From positions 127,535-191,534 of the forward strand of contig CASFOZ010000001.1 of assembly GCA_949296455.1 (NCBI GenBank): a stretch of DNA of 64,000 nt. The letters run 5' to 3'. The stretch is from an uncultured Eubacteriales bacterium (GTDB taxonomy: Bacteria; Bacillota; Clostridia; Christensenellales; CALVMC01). A program made the position numbers and the translations under genes. A model generated the notes under the pieces. It had not been told where the DNA came from. It was given only the letters and a program-made list of their open reading frames with translations, and searched no databases. This document shows positions 26,464 to 36,374 of the stretch, piece after piece (the first letter of the stretch is position 1; every line of letters begins with the position of its first letter).

Positions 26464-27303
26464 ATGATAACAATTATATTCAATAGTCATATAAAATCAG
26501 AAAATTACAACAAGACAATCGATCTTTTAAAAGAAGCCATATCCAAAAGAACGGAATGCAAAGCCGTTCCTTCGTCTTCGCTTTACTACGGGGACAGATT
26601 TGATTTTCCAGAAACGGACGGAGTGCTTTTTTGGGATAAGGATAAAGCGCTTATAAAATACATTAATGTTCCCACTGTAAACAGCGATAAGGCTTTAACT
26701 GTTTGCGACGATAAAGGTTTTACTTTGGAAAGACTTTATAAAAACAACATACCCGTTCCGAAAAGCTATATTGTGCCCGAAAAATATTATCTCGAAGCAA
26801 ATCGGGAAATTTTTGAAACGATAAAAAATAATTTTACCTACCCTTATATACTTAAAGAAAGGTGCAGCAGTTATGGAATGGGGGTATTTAAAATCAATTC
26901 GGAAAAGGAACTTAAAGAAAAACTGAAAAGCGAAAGAAAATATCTCGTTCAGGAATTTATAGAAAACAAGCCTGCATTCGATATAAGAGTATATATAGTC
27001 GGAAACAAAGTAATAGGCGGATTCAAAAGAATAAACGAAAACAATTTTCTGACAAACTGCGAAAAGGGCGCAAGAGAAGAGCCTTATACTGTAAGCAAAG
27101 AAGAAAAAGAAATTGCCTTGAAAAGCGCAAAGGCCTGTAAGGCTGAAATATGCGGAGTGGATATAATATATAAAGGAAAAAGCCCGCTTGTTTTAGAAGT
27201 CAATGCCTGCGCAGGTTTTATATCTTTAAACAAAGCCGCAGGTATAAAGACCGAAGAAATAATTGCCGATTATCTTATAAAGAAATTTAAAATAAAAAAT
27301 TGA
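26464..27303 (+). CDS. ATP-grasp ligase, RimK family
   Basis: ATP-grasp core: YILKERCSSYGMGVFKI...YLVQEFIE...DIRVYIVGNKVIGGFKR...GVDIIY...VLEVNACAG. Confidence 0.75.
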   Translation: MITIIFNSHIKSENYNKTIDLLKEAISKRTECKAVPSSSLYYGDRFDFPETDGVLFWDKDKALIKYINVPTVNSDKALTVCDDKGFTLERLYKNNIPVPKSYIVPEKYYLEANREIFETIKNNFTYPYILKERCSSYGMGVFKINSEKELKEKLKSERKYLVQEFIENKPAFDIRVYIVGNKVIGGFKRINENNFLTNCEKGAREEPYTVSKEEKEIALKSAKACKAEICGVDIIYKGKSPLVLEVNACAGFISLNKAAGIKTEEIIADYLIKKFKIKN

Positions 27304-27483
27304 TATTTTCCTATATAAGAACCTGAATTTTTAATTGATTTAAAAACAAGTTTTTTATCTCTGATAACTAAGGAAATTAAATATAGCGCTGACTTCAGCT
27401 TATATTTTTAAGTCGGTTAAAAATACGATTAAATGAAATTTTCTGTTATATTAAAATACATTTTATGTAATTAATTTAATAAT

Positions 27484-28290
27484 TTATCTGATACCTATTT
27501 TCATAATCTTTCTGTTCTTATAACAAGTCCAATACTCGAAGCCGCATTTTAAGGCGAGTTCTTTTGCATATTCGTAATTTCGGCAGATATCTTTTGCCCT
27601 GTGTGCGTCTGAGCCGAATACAATATTTTCTCCGCCGAGCTGACGGTACCTTTTCAGAATGTCTTCGGGCGGAAAACAGAAAAGTCCCGTTCCCTCGCTG
27701 TGCGAATTAAGTTCGATGGTTTTATTTTTCTTAATTGTTAAAGCGAGTATCTCGTCTATAATATCCGAGTGGTCTTTGTATTTCATGATTTTATCTTTAT
27801 AAGGCGCCTTGCGCATTATGTATCCGATATGACCTATAATGTCGTAATCGTATGCCGATAAACTTTCCTTTACGGTAAGAAGATATTTGGTGTAAATTTC
27901 ATTCTTTTCCTTATCTTTGAAAAAGGACGGATAATATATATCGGTACTCGAAACATTATGTACGGAATTGATTATTACATCGAAAGGGAATTTTTTCAAA
28001 ACATTTTCGTCGTCTTTCTGAGAAGGAATATCGAAGCCTATTTCGAGTCCCAAAGCGAGATTAAGTTTGTTGCCGTATTCTTCTTTAAGTCTTTTTATTT
28101 CACATATCCAGCCGTTCACATCGAGAGGTTCTATATTTCCGAGTCCTATATAATTGTATCTGCAATCGTTGTCCAAATGATTTGTTATGGCAAAATAATC
28201 GAGTCCCAGGGAAATTGCCTGTTCTATGAGTTTTGCCGAAATTTCGAAACTGTCGTGTGAAAAAAGAGAATGTGTATGACTGTCAATCAT
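27484..28290 (-). CDS. PHP-domain histidinol-phosphatase family protein (HisJ-like)
   Basis: MIDSHTHSLFSHDS at the N-terminus and FGSDAHRA near the C-terminus. Confidence 0.8.
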   Translation of the reverse strand: MIDSHTHSLFSHDSFEISAKLIEQAISLGLDYFAITNHLDNDCRYNYIGLGNIEPLDVNGWICEIKRLKEEYGNKLNLALGLEIGFDIPSQKDDENVLKKFPFDVIINSVHNVSSTDIYYPSFFKDKEKNEIYTKYLLTVKESLSAYDYDIIGHIGYIMRKAPYKDKIMKYKDHSDIIDEILALTIKKNKTIELNSHSEGTGLFCFPPEDILKRYRQLGGENIVFGSDAHRAKDICRNYEYAKELALKCGFEYWTCYKNRKIMKIGIR

Positions 28291-28418
28291 TTTTCCTTCC
28301 TTTGTATTCCTTGTAGGGAATCGGTATATATTTTTTATTTGAACTGATTACATTAATCTAATTTAATTATATTCAGATTTGTTCCGAAAACAAACTGAAT
28401 TAAAGTATGATTTGTATA

Positions 28419-29549
28419 TTAATTTTCGGCTGATTTGTTTATTTGCTGATTTTTCGGGATATTGTTTTCGGGTTCGATATCCGACGGTGCGGTTTGTTGT
28501 ATAATCGTTTTGCCGTCTATGTGTTCTTCGGTCAAGTTTTTCTCTTCGGTTTCGGTAGAAGCATAGTTATCTTTTGAAATTTCCTTTTTGTTCTTTTTTC
28601 CGAAATGTGCGCCGATATTTCGTAAAGAAAAAATTTTGTCGCCTTTTTTTATACCGAGCGAACTTTTCGGCGTTACGGACTGATTGAATCCGAATCCTAT
28701 AACATCGCTTACCGAAGTCATAAAGAAGAATGCCGACTCGTCTGTTTCCTTAATGAATTTTTTAAGATTTACCGCCTGTCTTTTTCTGAGTACCGTTATT
28801 AAAAGTTTTTTCTCGTCGCCTGTGTAATAACCCGTTGCGGAAATAACAGTTAAATCTCTTTTCAGATTTTTAATTATAAAGTCTGCGATTTCATCTACCT
28901 TGTCGGTAACTATTTTTACTTCGACGGTAGATACAAAACTTTTTTGCAGAATATCCGCCGTAAAGGTGCTTGCAAGCATTGTTATAACGGAATAAACAAG
29001 CAAGGTAAAATCTTCAAATACTATGGCTCCTATAACCGCTATAACGGCATCAACGCCGAAAAGTAAAAATATTACTTTTGCGTTAGGAAATTTATTTTGG
29101 ATAAGAAGACTTACGATATCGGTTCCGCCCGTGCTGCAATTGACTTTTAACAATATTCCTATTGCCGCTCCCGTGAGCGCACCGCCGCATACCGCCGAAA
29201 CGAAAAGGTCTCCTCTGAAATCGGCAAAGTTCTCTATCGGTACGATTTCCAAAACAAAAATGAATAAAGAGGTAACCGCCGTACATATTAAAGTAGATAT
29301 CGCAAATTTTTTGTTTATGTAAAAATATGCAAGTATTATCAAAGGAATATTCATTAAAAGGGTGGAAAGCGATATATTAAAGCCTGTTTTATTGTAAATA
29401 ATCGAGGCTATACCCGATATCCCCCCGGGCGCAAGTTCCGAAGGCGCAATAAAAATTTTAATTGCAACAGCCCTTAAAATGCTTGTGAACACTATTGCGA
29501 GCGCAAGCATTAATATTTCTTTGGTTTTTTTGTTTATGTTTAATTTCAT
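28419..29549 (-). CDS. YitT-family membrane protein (DUF2179) with a C-terminal low-complexity extension
   Basis: GGISGIASIIY...TGGTDIVSL... followed by a DUF2179-like soluble domain. Confidence 0.8.
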   Translation of the reverse strand: MKLNINKKTKEILMLALAIVFTSILRAVAIKIFIAPSELAPGGISGIASIIYNKTGFNISLSTLLMNIPLIILAYFYINKKFAISTLICTAVTSLFIFVLEIVPIENFADFRGDLFVSAVCGGALTGAAIGILLKVNCSTGGTDIVSLLIQNKFPNAKVIFLLFGVDAVIAVIGAIVFEDFTLLVYSVITMLASTFTADILQKSFVSTVEVKIVTDKVDEIADFIIKNLKRDLTVISATGYYTGDEKKLLITVLRKRQAVNLKKFIKETDESAFFFMTSVSDVIGFGFNQSVTPKSSLGIKKGDKIFSLRNIGAHFGKKNKKEISKDNYASTETEEKNLTEEHIDGKTIIQQTAPSDIEPENNIPKNQQINKSAEN

Positions 29550-29603
29550 TTTATACCGATATATAAAAATGCCCGTTAAGGCATTTTAAAAAATTATTTA
29601 TTG

Positions 29604-31808
29604 TCAATCTTCTTTCTTTTCAGTATTGACGTTCTTTTTTTCCGATTCGGAATTTTTTACGGACTCTTTTTTATCCGTCTTGTCTTTTTCCTTTAAAGAC
29701 GTTTTTTTAACCTTGCTTTCCGCAGCCGTTTTCTGAGCAACTTTTGCGCCGTCTTTTTTTTCATCGTCTTTTAAAGAAGCGTCTTTGTTTTCGGTTTCGG
29801 ATTTTGCGTTGTCGGATTTTTCGGCTTTCGTTTCCTGTTTGTCCGATTCGTCTTCGGACGGCGAATTTTTAACTTCGTCTTTTTTTACGGTGATTACCGT
29901 AGGAATTTCGGCTTTGCTTCTTGCGTTAATAGAGTCTATTACCTCTTTTGCGTCGGCTCCTTTGAAAAGCATATCGACTTCGTCGGTATATATAGTATCT
30001 TTTTCAAAAAGTACTTTTACCATATTTTCGAGTATGCTGCGGTTTTTATTGAGAATATCGAGAGCCTTTTTATAACAACCGTCTATAATCTTTTTGATTT
30101 CAGCGTCTACCTTTCCTGCCATTTCTTCGCTGCTGTATGAATGCTGCTGATAATCCCTTCCTAAAAAGACTTCCTGACTGCCGCCTAAATATATGTTTCC
30201 TATCTCTTCGCTCATACCCCATTCGGCAACCATATTTCTCGCAATCTGAGTCGCTCTCTGTATATCGTTGGAAGCGCCGGAAGATATATCTTTTATAACG
30301 ATTTCTTCCGCTCCCCTGCCGCCGAGCATCATTGTTATGTTGTCGAGAAGTTTTTGTTTTGTTACATGATTATCGTCGTTTTCCGGTCTCGTAAGAGTAT
30401 ATCCTGCCGCCATACCTCTCGGGACTATCGATACTTCCTGAACTTCGTCGCAGCCTTCTAAGGTCTTTGCGATAATTGCGTGACCTGCTTCGTGATATGC
30501 GGTAATTCTCTTATCGTTTTCCGTTACCACTCTGCTTTTCTTCTTAGGTCCTGCAATTACCTTGTTTATTCCTTCGAGAACATCTGCCATAAGTATCTGG
30601 TTTCTGCCGTTTCTTGCTGCAAGTATAGCCGCTTCGTTAAGAAGATTTTCAATATCGGCTCCCGTAAATCCGCTAGTCATACGGGCAACGGTTTTAAAGT
30701 TTACATCGGGGGCAAGTATCTTGTTTCTTGAATGTACTTTGAGAATAAGTTCCCTTCCTTTGACATCGGGGGGACTTACATATATCTGTCTGTCGAATCT
30801 GCCCGGTCTTAAAAGAGCGGGGTCTAATACATCGGCTCTGTTCGTTGCAGCCATAATTATTATTTCGTCGCTTGTCTCGAAGCCGTCCATTTGAACGAGA
30901 AGCTGGTTAAGAGTCTGTTCTCTTTCGTCGTTTCCGCCGCCTAAGCCTGCGCCTCTCTGCCTTCCGACAGCGTCTATTTCGTCAATAAAAATTATACAAG
31001 GCATATTGTGCTTTGCTTGGTCGAACAAGTCTCTTACTCTGCTTGCGCCTATACCTACAAACATTTCGACAAAGTCGCTTCCGCTTATCGAGAAGAAGGC
31101 TACATTCGCTTCGCCCGCCACGGCTTTTGCAAATAAAGTCTTACCTGTTCCGGGCGGTCCTACTAAAAGTACCCCTTTGGGAACCCTTGCTCCGAGCGCC
31201 TTGAATTTCTGCGGATTTTTAAGAAATTCAACAATTTCCTGTAATTCTTCCTTTTCTTCGTCGGCTCCCGCAACATCGCTGAATCTTACCTTTATATCGG
31301 TATTGAGTCTTGCTTTGGTCTTCCCGAAACTCATCGCTTTGTTGTTTGCGCCGTTGGACATTCTCATAAGTATCACGAACATTATTATGATAAGTACAAA
31401 TCCGCCAAGGGTAATAAGCACATTAGACCACATTGCGCTTTTGCTCGGGTCGTTGTAGGAAACAGTCGGTTTGTTAAGCGTTGTTTCCACTCCGTCTATA
31501 ACAACGGTATCGGGAAGAGAATCGTACCATTCGGTAAAATTCGCTCTCGAAGAAATCTTTGCCACATAATCGGCTTTCGAAGGAAATTGACTTTCTTCAA
31601 TTTTACTGCCTACCTTTCTTGCGTATACGGTATAACTTCCTTCCACATAAACATTGGTTATTCCGTTCGATTTTATCATTTGTTGAAGTTCGGTATAATC
31701 CACCGTTTCGGGACTGTTTGCGTTATTGAGCAAAACCGACACCATAACTATGGCAACTATCAAAAGACAAATAATCAAAACTGTATTTATAATTTTTCTG
31801 GTTTTCAA
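29604..31808 (-). CDS. ftsH: ATP-dependent zinc metalloprotease FtsH
   Basis: Walker [12 protein letters not shown] region, HEAGH zinc motif. TTG start after GGAGA. Carries a C-terminal tail of about 110 aa rich in K/E/S/D. Confidence 0.95.
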   Translation of the reverse strand: MKTRKIINTVLIICLLIVAIVMVSVLLNNANSPETVDYTELQQMIKSNGITNVYVEGSYTVYARKVGSKIEESQFPSKADYVAKISSRANFTEWYDSLPDTVVIDGVETTLNKPTVSYNDPSKSAMWSNVLITLGGFVLIIIMFVILMRMSNGANNKAMSFGKTKARLNTDIKVRFSDVAGADEEKEELQEIVEFLKNPQKFKALGARVPKGVLLVGPPGTGKTLFAKAVAGEANVAFFSISGSDFVEMFVGIGASRVRDLFDQAKHNMPCIIFIDEIDAVGRQRGAGLGGGNDEREQTLNQLLVQMDGFETSDEIIIMAATNRADVLDPALLRPGRFDRQIYVSPPDVKGRELILKVHSRNKILAPDVNFKTVARMTSGFTGADIENLLNEAAILAARNGRNQILMADVLEGINKVIAGPKKKSRVVTENDKRITAYHEAGHAIIAKTLEGCDEVQEVSIVPRGMAAGYTLTRPENDDNHVTKQKLLDNITMMLGGRGAEEIVIKDISSGASNDIQRATQIARNMVAEWGMSEEIGNIYLGGSQEVFLGRDYQQHSYSSEEMAGKVDAEIKKIIDGCYKKALDILNKNRSILENMVKVLFEKDTIYTDEVDMLFKGADAKEVIDSINARSKAEIPTVITVKKDEVKNSPSEDESDKQETKAEKSDNAKSETENKDASLKDDEKKDGAKVAQKTAAESKVKKTSLKEKDKTDKKESVKNSESEKKNVNTEKKED

Positions 31809-31943
31809 TTGGTATCTCCGTAAATTAATATTTAAATAATTATAACATATAATTTGCTTTTGGCAAACTTTTTATATGAAAATCGTTTTCAAAAGTTCTT
31901 TATTTATATGTTTACAATATTTGCCTTGAAAAAATAACCCTGT

Positions 31944-32453
31944 TTATACGCACATTTTTAACGCAAGCGCAATCTTTTCCGCCATATTTTCGACAAAAGC
32001 CATTTCCACGTTAAGAAGCTGTTTCAAAAAGTTTTTTTCGTAATTGTTCACTATGCCCATAATTCCTATATCCCCTACCTTTTCTTCCTTTTTTGCGACT
32101 CCGCCCGGATAGAGGCCCCCTTCGACTACCTTTATAACTCCGATATCTTCTTTGGCGCCTAACGCTGCGTCAACCGCTATGATTTTACTTCCCTTATGGT
32201 TTTCTTCGACATGACTCAGATATTCCTTTAAATTCTGCCTGTTAATGGGCCTTTCTACCGTCCCGTATACATATGCGTCCACTCCGTACTTTGCCGTAAG
32301 TTTGCTCCCCACAATAGGGCCTAAACTGTCCCCGCAGATTTTTTCGCTTCCTATACAAAGTATTACAGCTTTCATATCGCCTTCCTTTTGACCGAATGAA
32401 TAAGCCGTCTCAAAACGGCTTTGTGCGTCTTCTTTTTTCTGAATTATTGACAA
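31944..32453 (-). CDS. yyaC: spore protease YyaC family
   Basis: VILCIGSEKICGDSLGPIVGSKL matches the YyaC/GPR-like signature (CIGTDRSTGDSLGPLVG). The TTG start is uncertain. Confidence 0.7.
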   Translation of the reverse strand: MSIIQKKEDAQSRFETAYSFGQKEGDMKAVILCIGSEKICGDSLGPIVGSKLTAKYGVDAYVYGTVERPINRQNLKEYLSHVEENHKGSKIIAVDAALGAKEDIGVIKVVEGGLYPGGVAKKEEKVGDIGIMGIVNNYEKNFLKQLLNVEMAFVENMAEKIALALKMCV

Positions 32454-32674
32454 ATTCCTTTCCGTTATTCGGAAATCTTTTTTCAGTATTGTTTGGTTTT
32501 CCGCTTTTTTCGTATTTTTAATAAAGTTATATAAAAAATTTTCGGGTTACCTCTTGATTTTTTCGATAATTATGTTTAAAATTAATACATAAAATATACA
32601 GAATACAATTTGAAATTTTCGGTATATCGTTGCCGTTTCGGGTAATCATTAATTAAAGGTTTAAAAGGAGAAGT

Positions 32675-33484
32675 ATGAGCTGGATTGTCGATATAGTTAT
32701 TGTCGCATTTCTTATAATCGCAACGGTTATCGGCGTTTACAAAGGCGCCATAAAAGGCTTTTTGGGTCTTGCTTTTCTCGTTGCCAATGTTATTCTATCT
32801 ATATGGCTTTCAAAATATCTTGCTTCTTTTCTTATGGGTACCTCGTTCGGCGATACCCTTCAAATTTGGGTAAACACTTGGTTCACTGGTTCAAACGAAA
32901 CTCTTTTCAATTCCGTCCTTACTAAAACCGATACAGAACTTTTTATTTTATACGAAGGGGTACAAGTTCCTTTTTCAACCGCACTCGAATATGCAAAAAT
33001 TCCTTCCTTCCTCGCTCCTACTATTACTTCGGCGGTTTTTGCGGTTGCCGAAAGCGGTTACACTCTTGCGCAAGTTTTAGTTCCTTCGATATCGTCTTTT
33101 ATTATGATTATTTTTTCTTGCATAATACTTCTTATTTTCTTTGCTATCGTTTTCGGTATTATAAAAGCCTTTCTGAAAAAACTTCTCGTAAACAAAGCGG
33201 CAAGAGGTATCGACAGAGTGCTTGGCGCCGTTTTCGGTCTTTTAAAAGGCGTTCTGATTGTTCTTATCGTCTTTCTTGCCCTTAATATGTTCAGTAATAT
33301 CCCGGCTCTCGAAAGTACCTTTGCGGCAATAAATTCTTCGTTTATAGGCGGATTCATTTATTCGACGAATATTCTGCAACTTATGCTCGACGCATTTGCA
33401 AATCTGCAACAGTTCTTCTCTGACGCCATATCCTCAATGTTCGATACCGCTCAGACCTTTTCGCTTTTCGTAAGAACAGTCTGA
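32675..33484 (+). CDS. CvpA-family membrane protein
   Basis: The N-terminus DIVIVAFLIIATVIGVYKGAIKGFLGLA is typical of CvpA. Multiple TM segments. Confidence 0.65.
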   Translation: MSWIVDIVIVAFLIIATVIGVYKGAIKGFLGLAFLVANVILSIWLSKYLASFLMGTSFGDTLQIWVNTWFTGSNETLFNSVLTKTDTELFILYEGVQVPFSTALEYAKIPSFLAPTITSAVFAVAESGYTLAQVLVPSISSFIMIIFSCIILLIFFAIVFGIIKAFLKKLLVNKAARGIDRVLGAVFGLLKGVLIVLIVFLALNMFSNIPALESTFAAINSSFIGGFIYSTNILQLMLDAFANLQQFFSDAISSMFDTAQTFSLFVRTV

Positions 33485-33926
33485 AAAATAATTTAATAAA
33501 GTCTTTATTCTATATTTGTTTGTTTGTTTACTGCTTTTTAGTAATATTCTGCTTTCGAATCGATTTTTTCCGAATTGATTTTTTCGCTTTTCCTATTTTC
33601 CTGATTATTTTTTCCGTCAAACAAAAAATTCTATTTTATAATGTGCCTTTCGAGTTCTTTTCAAAGCGGAATAATTCGATTTTATTGAAACCGAACATTA
33701 AAATATTATTCCGAATTCCTTTTCCTTTGTTTTGACTCTATAAACTTGTTTCGACTCTATAAAGCGGAATTATTATATGTATTTTTAAAAATATCGCATA
33801 AAGATATTTATTATTATTTTCTTTTGTTGTATTTTCCTCCGTTAAATGATAAAATATCCTTAAAATAAGATTTTTAACAGTAACCCCGAAACTCAATCGG
33901 GCATAATATTTAAATCAGGTGCTTTT

Positions 33927-34595
33927 ATGAATAAATACGATAAGTCAATAATAGACGCTATCATGCAGCGAGACCCTGCGGCAAGAAGTAGGTTCGAAGT
34001 ATATTTTACTTACAGCGGATTCAAAGCCCTTAAAAGACACAGAAGGGCGCATTGGTTCTATAAACACAATATGAAATTTATAGCCCGTTGCATAAGTCAG
34101 CGAACTAAATTTCTTACAGGTATAGAAATACATCCTGGCGCAACAATAGGAACAGGGGTGTTTATCGACCACGGTTCGGGCGTAGTTATAGGCGAAACGG
34201 CGGTTATCGGAAACAATGTCACCATTTATCAGGGCGTAACTCTGGGCGGTACCGGAAAGGATATAGGAAAAAGGCATCCTACAATAGAAGACAATGTCGT
34301 AATTTCGGCAGGCGCTAAAATTTTAGGACCTTTTACCGTAGGTCACGACAGCAAGATAGGCGCAGGAAGCGTGGTTCTTAAAGAGGTTCCGCCATTCTGC
34401 ACTGTTGTGGGCGTTCCCGGAAGAATAGTCAAAATGTCGGGCGAAAGGGTTGACGACCTTAATCATATAAAACTTCCCGACCCTGCGCTCGAAGAGTTCA
34501 GAAGACTGAACGACAGACTCACCGCTCTTGAAGAAAAACACAATATTCAAAATAAATATACGATAACCAACGACTTTGAGGAGAAAGAAGATTAA
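33927..34595 (+). CDS. cysE: serine O-acetyltransferase
   Basis: SATase N-terminal helix region plus hexapeptide repeats (GIEIHPGATIGTGVFIDHGSGVVIGETAVIGNNVTIYQGVTLGG). Confidence 0.9.
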   Translation: MNKYDKSIIDAIMQRDPAARSRFEVYFTYSGFKALKRHRRAHWFYKHNMKFIARCISQRTKFLTGIEIHPGATIGTGVFIDHGSGVVIGETAVIGNNVTIYQGVTLGGTGKDIGKRHPTIEDNVVISAGAKILGPFTVGHDSKIGAGSVVLKEVPPFCTVVGVPGRIVKMSGERVDDLNHIKLPDPALEEFRRLNDRLTALEEKHNIQNKYTITNDFEEKED

Positions 34596-35983
34596 TGCTT
34601 AAATTATACAATACTCTTTCGAGGAAGAAAGAAGTTTTCAATCCGATATCGGATAACACGGTAAGAATGTATTCTTGCGGTCCTACGGTATACAACTATG
34701 CCCATATCGGGAATATGCGCACATATATTTTTATGGATATATTGAGAAGAACATTAAAATTCTGCGACTTTAAACTCAAAGGGGTTATGAATGTAACCGA
34801 TGTAGGACACCTTCTTTCGGACGGGGACGACGGCGAAGATAAAATGGAAATCGCTGCAAGAAAACAGCAGAAATCGGTTAAGGAAATAGCCGATACCTAT
34901 GCCAAGGCTTTTTTTGAAGACCTTGAAAAATTAAATATCGAAAAACCCGAAATAATCGCCTATGCAACAGAACATATCAAGGAAATGATAGATTACGTAA
35001 AGGAACTTGAAAAGGCAGGATACGCATACGAAATAAGCGACGGAATATACTTTGACACATCGAAGTTCAAAGACTACGGAAAACTTTCCGGTATAGATAT
35101 CGAAAATCAGCTTGCGGGGGCAAGGGTCGAAGTAAACGACGAAAAAAGGAACAGTATCGATTTCGCTCTTTGGAAGAAAGCCGACCCTAATCACATAATG
35201 CAATGGGAAAGTCCTTGGGGTATGGGGTATCCCGGCTGGCATATAGAATGCAGTGCAATGAGCAGAAAATACCTCGGAATGCCTTTCGATATTCACACCG
35301 GCGGCGTTGACCATATACCTATCCACCACGAAAACGAAATTGCTCAGAACGAAGCGCTGACAAAAAGTAAATCGGTAAACTTTTGGATGCACGGAGAATT
35401 TATGCTCGTTGATAACGGGAAAATGAGTAAAAGCCTTAACAATACTTACACGATAAGCGACCTTAAAGAAAAAGGTTACTCTGCAATGGATTTCAGATAT
35501 TTTTGCCTTAATACCCATTACCGCAAAAAGCTTAACTTCACATTCGATTCAATGAATTTTGCAAAGACATCGTACAGAAGACTTAAAGAACAGCTTCTTC
35601 TTCACAAAAACTCGAAATCCGTCACCGATAAAAAAGTCATAGAAGAATACAAAGCGAAATTTAAAAATGCCGTTGAAGACGATTTGAATATACCCCTTGC
35701 GCTCGGAATACTTTGGACAATGCTGAAAGAAGAAAAAAGCAAGGATATTTACGATACCGCAATTTATTTCGACAAGGTTTTAGGTCTTAATCTCGACAAA
35801 GAAGAGTCGGAAGAAAAACCGCAGACAACCGTTCCTCGGAAAATAACAGAACTTGCCGAAAAAAGAAAACAGGCAAAAGCCGAAAAAAACTTTGCCCTTG
35901 CCGACAGTTTAAGAAACGAGATAGAAAACAAAGGATATTCCATAATCGATAAACCGGGAAGTTATGAAATTATAAAAAAGTAA
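34595..35983 (+). CDS. cysS: cysteinyl-tRNA synthetase
   Basis: [15 protein letters not shown] (HIGH) and KMSKS both present. The start overlaps the cysE stop (TAATG). Confidence 0.95.
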   Translation: MLKLYNTLSRKKEVFNPISDNTVRMYSCGPTVYNYAHIGNMRTYIFMDILRRTLKFCDFKLKGVMNVTDVGHLLSDGDDGEDKMEIAARKQQKSVKEIADTYAKAFFEDLEKLNIEKPEIIAYATEHIKEMIDYVKELEKAGYAYEISDGIYFDTSKFKDYGKLSGIDIENQLAGARVEVNDEKRNSIDFALWKKADPNHIMQWESPWGMGYPGWHIECSAMSRKYLGMPFDIHTGGVDHIPIHHENEIAQNEALTKSKSVNFWMHGEFMLVDNGKMSKSLNNTYTISDLKEKGYSAMDFRYFCLNTHYRKKLNFTFDSMNFAKTSYRRLKEQLLLHKNSKSVTDKKVIEEYKAKFKNAVEDDLNIPLALGILWTMLKEEKSKDIYDTAIYFDKVLGLNLDKEESEEKPQTTVPRKITELAEKRKQAKAEKNFALADSLRNEIENKGYSIIDKPGSYEIIKK

Positions 35984-36000
35984 ATGTTTGACTATAACGG

Positions 36001-36033
36001 AAAAAGGAAACTATAAAATGTTTCCTTTTTTTT
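36001..36033 (+). terminator. rho-independent terminator after cysS
   Basis: AGGAAAC-tataaaat-GTTTCCT followed by T7. Confidence 0.75.
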
Positions 36034-36151
36034 ATACGCTGATAATTGTTAGGTTTTTAAGGCAATTTATAATCGACGAAAAATAAATCTTTCTTTTCCT
36101 TAAAACAATTCAATTTTATTTTGCGATATAAAAATTTGCTTTTCTTTTATT

Positions 36152-36186
36152 TACCCCCGTAAAACGCACGATTTGCCTTCGTTTAA
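36152..36186 (+). repeat. GC-rich intergenic repeat, copy 1 (core CCCCGTAAAACGCACG)
   Basis: TACCCCCGTAAAACGCACGATTTGCCTTCGTTTAA. Near-identical in outline to the reverse complement of 45047-45081. Confidence 0.7.
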
Positions 36187-36301
36187 GCAGTTTTTTTATC
36201 TTTTTTTTATTAAAAATCATTGAAATCGGTATTTTAAAAATCTTTATTTCGGTAGGATTTCAACACCTTTTCACAAACATTTCCACTATTAAAAACAAAT
36301 A

Positions 36302-36343
36302 AACCCCGTCAAACGCAGGGTTTATGTTTGTTTTGACGCTTAA
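36302..36343 (+). repeat. GC-rich intergenic repeat, copy 2 (core CCCCGTCAAACGCAGG)
   Basis: AACCCCGTCAAACGCAGGGTTTATGTTTGTTTTGACGCTTAA. It can fold as AAACCC-loop-GGGTTT and probably acts as the rmuC terminator on the minus strand. Confidence 0.65.
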
Positions 36344-36374
36344 CATTAAATTAAAAATACATAATGTTTGTATT

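Noticed and set aside
33520-33735. 71-aa ORF upstream of cysE.
   Set aside because: F/I/L-rich translation of a T-rich repeat-containing spacer, with no RBS. Treated as non-coding.
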